The notes under the pieces: generated by a model
The model's input: the letters and a program-made list of their open reading frames with translations, nothing else
What the model was told of the DNA's origin: nothing
The model's database searches: none
Position numbers and translations under genes: made by a program
Shown here: positions 42,200-49,569 of the stretch, one piece after another
How positions within the stretch are numbered: the first letter of the stretch is position 1
Layout of the letters: each line of letters starts with the position of its first letter
DNA from: an uncultured Pelagibacteraceae bacterium
Lineage (GTDB): Bacteria > Pseudomonadota > Alphaproteobacteria > Pelagibacterales > Pelagibacteraceae
Assembly (NCBI GenBank): GCA_902612065.1
Contig: CACMBY010000007.1
Coordinates: 5,951-69,950 of the forward strand
DNA length: 64,000 nucleotides
Direction of reading: 5' to 3'

Positions 42200-43697
42200 A
42201 AGTAAAAATAGTTTAAAATTAAAACAGGCAAAATTAGCTATAATAGACATTGGATCAAACTCTATAAGAATGCTAATTTATGAAGATTTCAGTTCTTCTC
42301 GTGTGCCTTTTTTTAATGAAAAAGCAGTTTGTGAACTTGGAAAAAATTTAGATAAATCGAAAAAACTTCACAGATCTGGTACTGAATATGCTTTAAAAGT
42401 TTTAAAAAGATTTTCTGAAATTTTAAATGTTTCAAAAATCACAAATCTAAAGATTATTGGAACAGCAGTTATAAGAGAAGCAACTGATACAAAACCTTTT
42501 ATTGATGAAGTTGAAAAACTTTTTAAAACTAAGATTAATATATTATCAGGCGAAGAAGAAGCTAAATGCACAGCTGAGGGAGTAAAAATAGGTTTTGAAA
42601 ATGTTGATGGATTAGTTGCTGACCTTGGCGGTGGTAGTTTGGAGTTAGCCCGAGTTGAAAACAATATAGTAACCAATAAAACCTCATTACCTGTTGGTGT
42701 TTTAAGATTAATGAATAATCCTATAGTTAAAAAAAGAAATTTAGCAAAATATATTAAAAAATTATTAAGAGATGAAAAATGGCTCTCAAAAAAGAAATTT
42801 AATAATTTATATTTAGTCGGAGGTACTTGGCGTGCATTATTTAAATTACATCTTTTTCAAAATAATCATCCAGTACACATAATTCATCAATATAGTATTG
42901 ATAATAATGTTTTATCTAAGTTTGTTGAAAAAATTTCATCTTTTAATAAATCTAAACTTAAAACAGTTGAGTATATTTCAAAATCTAGAACAGCGTATTT
43001 ACCTTATAGTTGCATTATACTTGATGAAATTATGAGAGTTACAAATCCAAGAAATATAATTTGTTCTATAAGCGGTTTGCGTGAAGGTTCTTTATCAATT
43101 GACTATTTTAAAGATGTAAAAGAATCAGAAATTTTTCATAAAGCACTTGAGAATATTGCAAAAAAAAGAGGTGATCTAGGATCGAACTATAAAAAATATT
43201 ATGATTTTATTCAGCCAGTTTTTGAAGGCAATGAACATTTTAATAAGAAATTATTATATCTGGCATGTGTATTAAGTCATATGGATTGGGGATTAGGAGC
43301 ATTTCAAAAAGCTGAATTGGTATTTCAAGAAACAATAAATACTCCTTTACTTAGATTGACTCATAAAGAAAGAATACAATTAGCTTTGTCATGCTATTGG
43401 CGGTACTGTAGTATCAAGTATAATCCAAAGATCGAGTATTTAACTTTTTTAAATAATAATGAAATTTTTTCAAGCAAACAAGTTGGTGCAGCATTGAGAT
43501 TTTCACAATCATTGACCTCGATATCTACGATATTTCTTGAAGAATTTAAATTGTATAAAAGAGGAAATGCTGTATTTTTAAAAATTCCATCACAACATCA
43601 AGAAATAATCTCAAAACAAGTTACTAAAAGATTTAAAGCTCTTGCTAGAGAATTATTTTTAGAACCAAGAGTAATTTACTCAAATAATTCAAGATAA
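42186..43697 (+). CDS. ppx: Ppx/GppA exopolyphosphatase
   Basis: DIGSNSIR, EEEA, DLGGGSLE, GLREG. Confidence 0.92.
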   Translation: MEVIKSKNSLKLKQAKLAIIDIGSNSIRMLIYEDFSSSRVPFFNEKAVCELGKNLDKSKKLHRSGTEYALKVLKRFSEILNVSKITNLKIIGTAVIREATDTKPFIDEVEKLFKTKINILSGEEEAKCTAEGVKIGFENVDGLVADLGGGSLELARVENNIVTNKTSLPVGVLRLMNNPIVKKRNLAKYIKKLLRDEKWLSKKKFNNLYLVGGTWRALFKLHLFQNNHPVHIIHQYSIDNNVLSKFVEKISSFNKSKLKTVEYISKSRTAYLPYSCIILDEIMRVTNPRNIICSISGLREGSLSIDYFKDVKESEIFHKALENIAKKRGDLGSNYKKYYDFIQPVFEGNEHFNKKLLYLACVLSHMDWGLGAFQKAELVFQETINTPLLRLTHKERIQLALSCYWRYCSIKYNPKIEYLTFLNNNEIFSSKQVGAALRFSQSLTSISTIFLEEFKLYKRGNAVFLKIPSQHQEIISKQVTKRFKALARELFLEPRVIYSNNSR

Positions 43698-43736
43698 ATT
43701 AAATTTAATTCTATTTTTAATTGAGTGATATTTTTT

Positions 43737-43812
43737 TGTAACATTATTTTAATTTAAATTCATTTAACTTTAACAATAAGTAAATAATTTTGTAATTTAG
43801 TTTATGTATAAA
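43737..43812 (+). promoter_or_regulatory. Pho box array plus -10 element with no downstream plus-strand gene
   Basis: TGTAAC(43737)/TTTAAT(43748); ATTCAT(43758)/TTTAAC(43769)/GTAAAT(43780)/TGTAAT(43791); 10-nt spacer; TATAAA(43807-43812). Confidence 0.6.
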
Positions 43813-43817
43813 GCACC

Positions 43818-43910
43818 ATCAAAGTTTAAATATTCATTATTTCTTCCCCTGTTTAAATTTTGTTAATTAACTACTTTCTTCCTTCTCATTTAAGAGAAGG
43901 AAGAAAGACA
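43818..43910 (+). ncRNA. Candidate PhoB-dependent small regulatory RNA
   Basis: Pho-box promoter upstream; stem 43821-31/43851-61 with a CU-rich loop; 14-bp perfect terminal hairpin; complementarity to the aapJ RBS region. Confidence 0.5.
43874..43907. terminator. Perfect 14-bp hairpin between convergent units
   Basis: CTTTCTTCCTTCTC-ATTTAA-GAGAAGGAAGAAAG; no strong U-tract on either strand. Confidence 0.65.
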
Positions 43911-43918
43911 ATTTGGAA

Positions 43919-44128
43919 TTAATTATTTATAGATGCAGGAGACTGCTCTGCATTTTTCTTAGCAAGCTTTTTTGCTTTTTTTTCAGCAACCTTTTTTTCT
44001 AGACCAGCAATTTTAATATTAAGGCTTGATAATTTTTTTTCTTTAGCTGTAATTTTATTTTTAAGTTTATCAATTGATTTTAATATTTTTGTTTTTTTCT
44101 TTTCATTTTTTTTTAGTTTTTTTCTCAT
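43919..44128 (-). CDS. Small lysine-rich coiled-coil protein
   Basis: 69 aa with 24 Lys and heptad-like Leu/Ile spacing; strong GGAGG SD 5 nt before ATG. Confidence 0.75.
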   Translation of the reverse strand: MRKKLKKNEKKKTKILKSIDKLKNKITAKEKKLSSLNIKIAGLEKKVAEKKAKKLAKKNAEQSPASINN

Positions 44129-44207
44129 TACTGCCTCCGAATTATTTGATACTTAATTTAATCATATAATCCTAAAATAAAAAGGATATTTTTTTACAAC
44201 CTATAGT

Positions 44208-44699
44208 TTATAGTTTTTTAAGAACTGTTATTAAATAAAAAAACATTGCTATATGAGAACTATTATTGAATTTTTGATTTAATATTAATTTAAATATCTC
44301 TCTTTGATTAAAAAGATGAATTCTAATACCTTGTTCTGGTTTCGAAATTTTAATTAAGTCTTCTGTGTAATAACCAGTAATTTTAGTAGTTAGTCTTCCA
44401 GGTTCATTATAAAAAGTTATTATTTTACTCAATTTTGATCTTGATCTATATCCTGTTTCTTCTCTTAATTCCTTATATGCTGATTGCAGAGTTGTTTCCT
44501 TTTTTTCCACTATGCCAGAAGGAAACTCGTAGTTAATTTTATTAATTGGAACTCTTTTTTGGGAAACTACTACATATTTGTCTTTAATCTTAGGTATTAC
44601 TAATGAAAGATTAGAAGTTTTAAGATAATGATAAAACTCTTTTTTTTTAAATTTTTTGTTAATTAAACTTATTCGATTGGTAAGTTTTATATTTTTCAA
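44208..44699 (-). CDS. NUDIX hydrolase (ADP-ribose pyrophosphatase-like), TTG start
   Basis: Nudix box GIVEKKETTLQSAYKELREETGY. Confidence 0.85.
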   Translation of the reverse strand: MKNIKLTNRISLINKKFKKKEFYHYLKTSNLSLVIPKIKDKYVVVSQKRVPINKINYEFPSGIVEKKETTLQSAYKELREETGYRSRSKLSKIITFYNEPGRLTTKITGYYTEDLIKISKPEQGIRIHLFNQREIFKLILNQKFNNSSHIAMFFYLITVLKKL

Positions 44700-45355
44700 T
44701 TTTTTTCTAAAAATAACTTTTTAACAATAAGTACAGCAATTAACATTCCAATAAGCTCAGCTAAAATATAATAAGGAGTATTTAAATAACTAATACCAGT
44801 AAAAGACTCTGTAAATGTTCTAGCAATAGCAACAGCTGGATTTGCAAAAGAGGTTGAAGAAGTAAACCAATAACCAGCAGTAATATAAAGACCAACACTA
44901 GCAGCAACAGCAATTTTGCCTGACTTCATAGACCCAAAAATTATAATTATAAGCCCTAATGTTGCTATTACCTCAGATGTGAATATGTAAATCCCATCTC
45001 TTGACTTAGTAGATAATTCATAAATCTCATGTTCAAAAAAGAAATTAGCTAAACCAACACCAATTAAGCAACCAACCAATTGAGCAATGATATAGTAGGG
45101 TAATAGTTTTTTTTTTAATTTACCCGTTATTGCCATTGCTATACTTACAAATGGATTAAAGTGAGCTCCTGATACATCAGCAAATACTGTAATAAGCACA
45201 AATAAACCTGCACCTGTTGCTATTGTGTTTGCAATTAACATTACCGCAACATCATTAGTTAAGTTTTCAGCCATTAAACCTGAACCAACAATAATCATTA
45301 CTAAAAAACAACTGCCTAATAATTCAGCAAGAAAATAGCGGCTTTTATTTTTCAT
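44696..45355 (-). CDS. MIP-family channel, AqpS-like (arsenite-conducting type)
   Basis: SGAHFNPF and YWFTSSTSFANPA motifs; follows arsC. Confidence 0.85.
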   Translation of the reverse strand: MKNKSRYFLAELLGSCFLVMIIVGSGLMAENLTNDVAVMLIANTIATGAGLFVLITVFADVSGAHFNPFVSIAMAITGKLKKKLLPYYIIAQLVGCLIGVGLANFFFEHEIYELSTKSRDGIYIFTSEVIATLGLIIIIFGSMKSGKIAVAASVGLYITAGYWFTSSTSFANPAVAIARTFTESFTGISYLNTPYYILAELIGMLIAVLIVKKLFLEKN

Positions 45356-45776
45356 AAAGCAGTTCCTTTATTCTTTTATGAATATTATTGTAAACTTTTT
45401 CTATTATTTCATCTTTTTTATTTAAGTCGTTTGTTTCATTAAGTAATTTAACAGGATCCTCTATATCCCAATGAATTATCTGATCTTTATTTGGCCAAAT
45501 AGGACAGACTTCGTTATTGGCACTATTACAAACTGTAATCACATAATCCATTTTAATTTGACCATTAATAAACTCATTAAAATTTTTAGATCTATAATTT
45601 GAAAGATCATAATGTTTTGATAATAAATAATTCTTCACATCTTCATTTACTTTTCCTGTTGGATTACTCCCGGCACTAAAACCTTTATACAAATCGTCAT
45701 ACTCATTATTTATAATACTTTCAGCAATAATACTTCTTGCTGAATTACCTGTGCATACAAACAATATATTCTTCAT
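45345..45776 (-). CDS. arsC: Arsenate reductase, LMW-PTP/thioredoxin type
   Basis: CTGNSARS P-loop, second and third Cys (TVCNSA, EVCP), HWDIEDP. Confidence 0.88.
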   Translation of the reverse strand: MKNILFVCTGNSARSIIAESIINNEYDDLYKGFSAGSNPTGKVNEDVKNYLLSKHYDLSNYRSKNFNEFINGQIKMDYVITVCNSANNEVCPIWPNKDQIIHWDIEDPVKLLNETNDLNKKDEIIEKVYNNIHKRIKELLYEK

Positions 45777-46004
45777 TTAAAAAATAATCTTATAAATCCC
45801 AATAACAAATAATGGAATTTGTAATCCGAAGTTTGTTAGTATCGCTTTATCTTTGCTGATAAATCCAGCGATAGTCCATCCAACAACACCTAATCCGTGA
45901 AAGTATATATTTAAAGGATATATATTTAGGTTTGTTAATAGAATGCCAACTAAAACTAGAAATGTGCTTATCCATTTTATATAATTTTTATTAATCATGA
46001 TCAT
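45777..46004 (-). CDS. Small membrane protein of unknown function (about 3 TM; possibly DUF6552-like)
   Basis: 75 aa, three hydrophobic segments; abuts arsC. Confidence 0.7.
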   Translation of the reverse strand: MIMINKNYIKWISTFLVLVGILLTNLNIYPLNIYFHGLGVVGWTIAGFISKDKAILTNFGLQIPLFVIGIYKIIF

Positions 46005-46011
46005 CTCTCTT

Positions 46012-46045
46012 TCTATATTTAGGTTTTGTTAAGAATTTATTACAG
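46012..46045 (-). promoter_or_regulatory. Pho box plus -10 for the ars operon
   Basis: Minus strand reads CTGTAAT-AAAT-TCTTAAC-N10-TATAGA-N7-ATG. Confidence 0.7.
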
Positions 46046-46063
46046 ATTAAAGAAAAAAAATTC

Positions 46064-46795
46064 TTATTTATTGTCTTCCCAGTCGAATCTAGGGAAAGAG
46101 TCAAAAATTTTAAAGATACTATTAGACCATTGATCACAAACTTTGGTGTATTCAGTGTCAGTAATATTCAGGCATTTTTGCGAAGCAATCTTGTACTCGT
46201 CCTTTTTATAAACTGCAAAATCAATTGGAGGGCCTACGGTTAAATCACTTTTAAGTGTTGAGTCCATTGAAATTAAAGCACATCTAGATGCATCGCCAAT
46301 AGATACACTTGGTTTGATAACTCTATCTAAAATAGGTTTGCCATATTTTACCTCTCCAATGACCAAATAAGGTTTGCTGTCGGCAGGTTTAATATAATTA
46401 CCTTGTGAGTATATTAGGTATAGTTCAAGAGGCTGACCTTTAATCTGTCCTCCAACTAAAAATGAAGATCCCAATAAAACCGTGTCAGTATTAATTCCTT
46501 TAGGAGCTGAATGTTCTATATTTAAAGATCCTATATATGATGCAATCTGATCAAAATCTTTACAAGTATTTAAATTCATTATTCCGCTGTCACTTTTGAG
46601 ATCTTTTTCAATAGACTTGTATACTGCCTGAGATGTTCCTAAATTTCCTGAGGTGACAATGATGATACTTCTATCGCCAACATCATGTACAAACATTTTA
46701 GAATAAATATTAACATTGTCTAATCCAGCATTTGTTCTAGAGTCTGAGGCAAAAACAATTCCATCTTGAGCTTTAATGCCGACACAATAAGTCAT
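46064..46795 (-). CDS. Anbu proteasome-type (Ntn-hydrolase) protease
   Basis: MTYCVG N-terminal Thr, DSRTNAGLDN, IGEVKYGKPILDR, SMDST. Confidence 0.9.
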   Translation of the reverse strand: MTYCVGIKAQDGIVFASDSRTNAGLDNVNIYSKMFVHDVGDRSIIIVTSGNLGTSQAVYKSIEKDLKSDSGIMNLNTCKDFDQIASYIGSLNIEHSAPKGINTDTVLLGSSFLVGGQIKGQPLELYLIYSQGNYIKPADSKPYLVIGEVKYGKPILDRVIKPSVSIGDASRCALISMDSTLKSDLTVGPPIDFAVYKKDEYKIASQKCLNITDTEYTKVCDQWSNSIFKIFDSFPRFDWEDNK

Positions 46796-46901
46796 AATTC
46801 ATTAATAATTTATTATTAATTAACATATAATTTAATTCCAGCATAGCTGATATAACTATATCGCAATTGATTGTTTAATCTAATTATTAAACAATCTTTT
46901 A

Positions 46902-48344
46902 ATGAGCGGTAAACTATGGGATAATTATAATGCAACAAAAGCATACGACGGTTATTTTACTAATGAGAACAAATTAAGAAAACATGCCGTTATAATTTCA
47001 AGCATATTAGAAAGATATGGAAAAGAAAAACTTCAAGAAATTGAAAAAAATTGTCAAAGTACTATCAGCGCTAGAGGAATAAATTTTAGAGTTTATGCTG
47101 CTAATAACAGAGCAGAGGAAAAGAAATGGCCGTTAGATATTATTCCAAGAATAATTCCTAAATCACAATGGAATAAGGTGACCAAAGGTTTAAAGCAAAG
47201 AGTAAAGGCTTTAAATTTATTTATTGATGACGTGTATAATCAAAAGAAAATTTTCAAAGATAATGTTATTCCTCGAGAAATTATTTTTAATTCACCTTAC
47301 TATGTAAAAGAATGTGAAGGGTTTTCACCTAAATATAAATCTTGGGCAAATATATCTGGAGTAGATTTAATCAGGAATAAAAATGGAGATTATTTAGTTT
47401 TAGAGGATAATTTAAGAGTGCCATCTGGTGTTTCTTATATGCTTGAGAACAGAATGGTAATGAGAGATGTTTTTCCTGAACTATTTACGAGATATAAAGT
47501 TGCATCAATACATCAATACACTAACAAACTTTTTAATTGTATGAATGAATGTATTCCTAAAAAAACTGCTCATCCACATATGGTAGTTTTGACACCAGGA
47601 ATTTATAATTCTGCTTACTTCGAACATTCTTTTTTAGCAGAGCAAATGGGAATTGCATTGGTAGAGGGAAAAGATTTATTTGTTGAAAATGATAATGTTT
47701 ATATGAAAACTGTAAAAGGTCCTTTGAAAGTTGATTGCATATACAGAAGATTAGACGATAATTTCTTAGATCCCAAAGCTTTTAATAAAGACTCTCTCAT
47801 TGGTGTTCCTGGATTATTCAAATGCTGGTTAAAAAAGAATGTAGGTATAATTAATGCTATTGGTACAGGTGTTGCTGACGATAAGGTAGTTTATTCATAT
47901 GTAAATAAGATGATAGTTTATTATTTAGGCGAACAACCTATTTTAAATCAAGTTGAGACATATTTGTGTCATGACGAAAGTCAAAAAAAGTATGTTTTAG
48001 AAAATTTATCTAAACTAGTAGTTAAACCTGCAAATGCTTCAGGTGGTTATGGAATTATGATAGGTCCTAAAGCCTCAACTAAAGAAAGAGAGGAAGTCGC
48101 AGAAAAAATTAAAAAGTGTCCTCGAGAATATATTGCGCAACCTCTAGAAACTTTGTCTACTGCTCCAACAATTACTGATAAAGATATAGAACCAAGGCAT
48201 TTAGACTTAAGACCATTTGTTTTAAGTGGTAAAACTAATTATGTTACCACTGGTGGACTGACTAGAGTTGCACTCAGAAAAGGAAGTACTATTGTCAATA
48301 GTTCCCAAGGTGGTGGTTCAAAAGACACTTTGATTGTTGAATAG
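46902..48344 (+). CDS. Circularly permuted type 2 ATP-grasp protein
   Basis: PLDIIPR, EDNLRVPSGVSY, NSAYFEH, DLRPF, NSSQGGGSKDT. Confidence 0.9.
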   Translation: MSGKLWDNYNATKAYDGYFTNENKLRKHAVIISSILERYGKEKLQEIEKNCQSTISARGINFRVYAANNRAEEKKWPLDIIPRIIPKSQWNKVTKGLKQRVKALNLFIDDVYNQKKIFKDNVIPREIIFNSPYYVKECEGFSPKYKSWANISGVDLIRNKNGDYLVLEDNLRVPSGVSYMLENRMVMRDVFPELFTRYKVASIHQYTNKLFNCMNECIPKKTAHPHMVVLTPGIYNSAYFEHSFLAEQMGIALVEGKDLFVENDNVYMKTVKGPLKVDCIYRRLDDNFLDPKAFNKDSLIGVPGLFKCWLKKNVGIINAIGTGVADDKVVYSYVNKMIVYYLGEQPILNQVETYLCHDESQKKYVLENLSKLVVKPANASGGYGIMIGPKASTKEREEVAEKIKKCPREYIAQPLETLSTAPTITDKDIEPRHLDLRPFVLSGKTNYVTTGGLTRVALRKGSTIVNSSQGGGSKDTLIVE

Positions 48345-48351
48345 AAGTATT

Positions 48352-48750
48352 TTATTTAACTTTACATTTTTTACATAATCCAAAAAATTCAAGATTATAT
48401 TTAATGTACTTCATGCCATCTTTATCCTTAAAATTAGCTAAATATTTTGAGAGACTATCATTACTTATTTCTGTTACTTTTTCACAAATTTCACAAATTG
48501 AAAATGCAGTTGCTTTAGCTACCTGACAACTTGAATTATGACATGCGATAAAGGCATTGCGACTTTCAATTTTGTGGATTTTTCCTATTTCAACCAACTT
48601 ATCTAACGCTCGATAAACTTGTAGAGGAGCTTTAATACCTTTTTTTTGAACATTATAAAGTATCGTGTAAGCTTTAAGTGGCTCAGGTGATTTGTTAATC
48701 AAATCAAAAATAATTTGCTGATTTTTTGAAAGGGTTTGCATTTTTCCCAT
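48352..48750 (-). CDS. zur: Zinc uptake regulator (Fur family)
   Basis: VYRAL, HKIES, CxxC pairs; next to znuBC. Confidence 0.88.
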   Translation of the reverse strand: MGKMQTLSKNQQIIFDLINKSPEPLKAYTILYNVQKKGIKAPLQVYRALDKLVEIGKIHKIESRNAFIACHNSSCQVAKATAFSICEICEKVTEISNDSLSKYLANFKDKDGMKYIKYNLEFFGLCKKCKVK

Positions 48751-48765
48751 TTTACCAATTCCTCA

Positions 48766-49569
48766 CTAATTTTTCAATTTAATTGATTGTTTAATTTTGA
48801 ATAATGAAAGTATAAATAATAATAAGGCTGCAGTTATAATTGATGGACCTGAGGATGTATTAAATTCTAAAGATGTGAACAAACCTATAATGACAGATAA
48901 TAATCCTCCTATAATTGAGTAGATAACCATTTTCTGCGGACTAGTTGAGATATTTCTAGCCATTGCAGCTGGTATAATTAACATCCCTGTTATTAATAAC
49001 AATCCTACCATTTTTATTGAAATCGCAATGATTGCTGCCATTAGGATTGTAAATATTGCTTTAGCTCTATCAGGGTTTAGACCTTCGGCTTCTGCTAGTT
49101 CATAATTTACCGTTGAGGCAAATAAAGATTTCCAAATGAATTTTAAAGTTATTAAAATCAATGCACCTCCTATCCAGATAATTAACAAGTCGTCTACTGA
49201 CACTGCTAAAATATCTCCAAATAATAATCCCATAATATCAAATCTGATAAATGTTAAAAAACCTATAACAACAAGTCCAACGGCTAGAGATGAATGAGCC
49301 AGAAGGCCCAACAAAGCATCACCTGGTAGATTGGTTTTTTTTTGTAGTTGAATTAAAATAATTGCTATCAGTGAAGAAATAATAAATACTGATAATGCAA
49401 TATTAAATTCCATTGTAAAAGCTAATGTGACACCTAATAATGCGGAGTGAGCCAATGTATCACCAAAATAAGATAATCTTCTCCAAATAACAAAACAACC
49501 AAGAGGTCCCGTTACTAAAGCAACTCCAATTCCAGCTACCAAAGCTCTTATAAAAAAATCATCAAACAT
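48766..49569 (-). CDS. znuB: Zinc ABC permease
   Basis: WRRLSYFGDTLAH, LFGDIL. Confidence 0.92.
   Translation of the reverse strand: MFDDFFIRALVAGIGVALVTGPLGCFVIWRRLSYFGDTLAHSALLGVTLAFTMEFNIALSVFIISSLIAIILIQLQKKTNLPGDALLGLLAHSSLAVGLVVIGFLTFIRFDIMGLLFGDILAVSVDDLLIIWIGGALILITLKFIWKSLFASTVNYELAEAEGLNPDRAKAIFTILMAAIIAISIKMVGLLLITGMLIIPAAMARNISTSPQKMVIYSIIGGLLSVIIGLFTSLEFNTSSGPSIITAALLLFILSLFKIKQSIKLKN

Noticed and set aside
43826-43850. Minus-strand SD + ATG AAT ATT TAA mini-ORF
   Set aside because: Only three sense codons, and it lies beyond a strong hairpin. It is better read as the antisense image of a target RBS, though a gene remnant cannot be fully excluded.
43804-43866. 20-codon plus-strand ORF MYKAPSKFKYSLFLPLFKFC in the ppx downstream gap
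   Set aside because: No SD, and its ATG abuts the predicted -10 (TATAAA 43807) upstream of the predicted TSS. The sRNA reading explains the region better; Ribo-seq could revive it.
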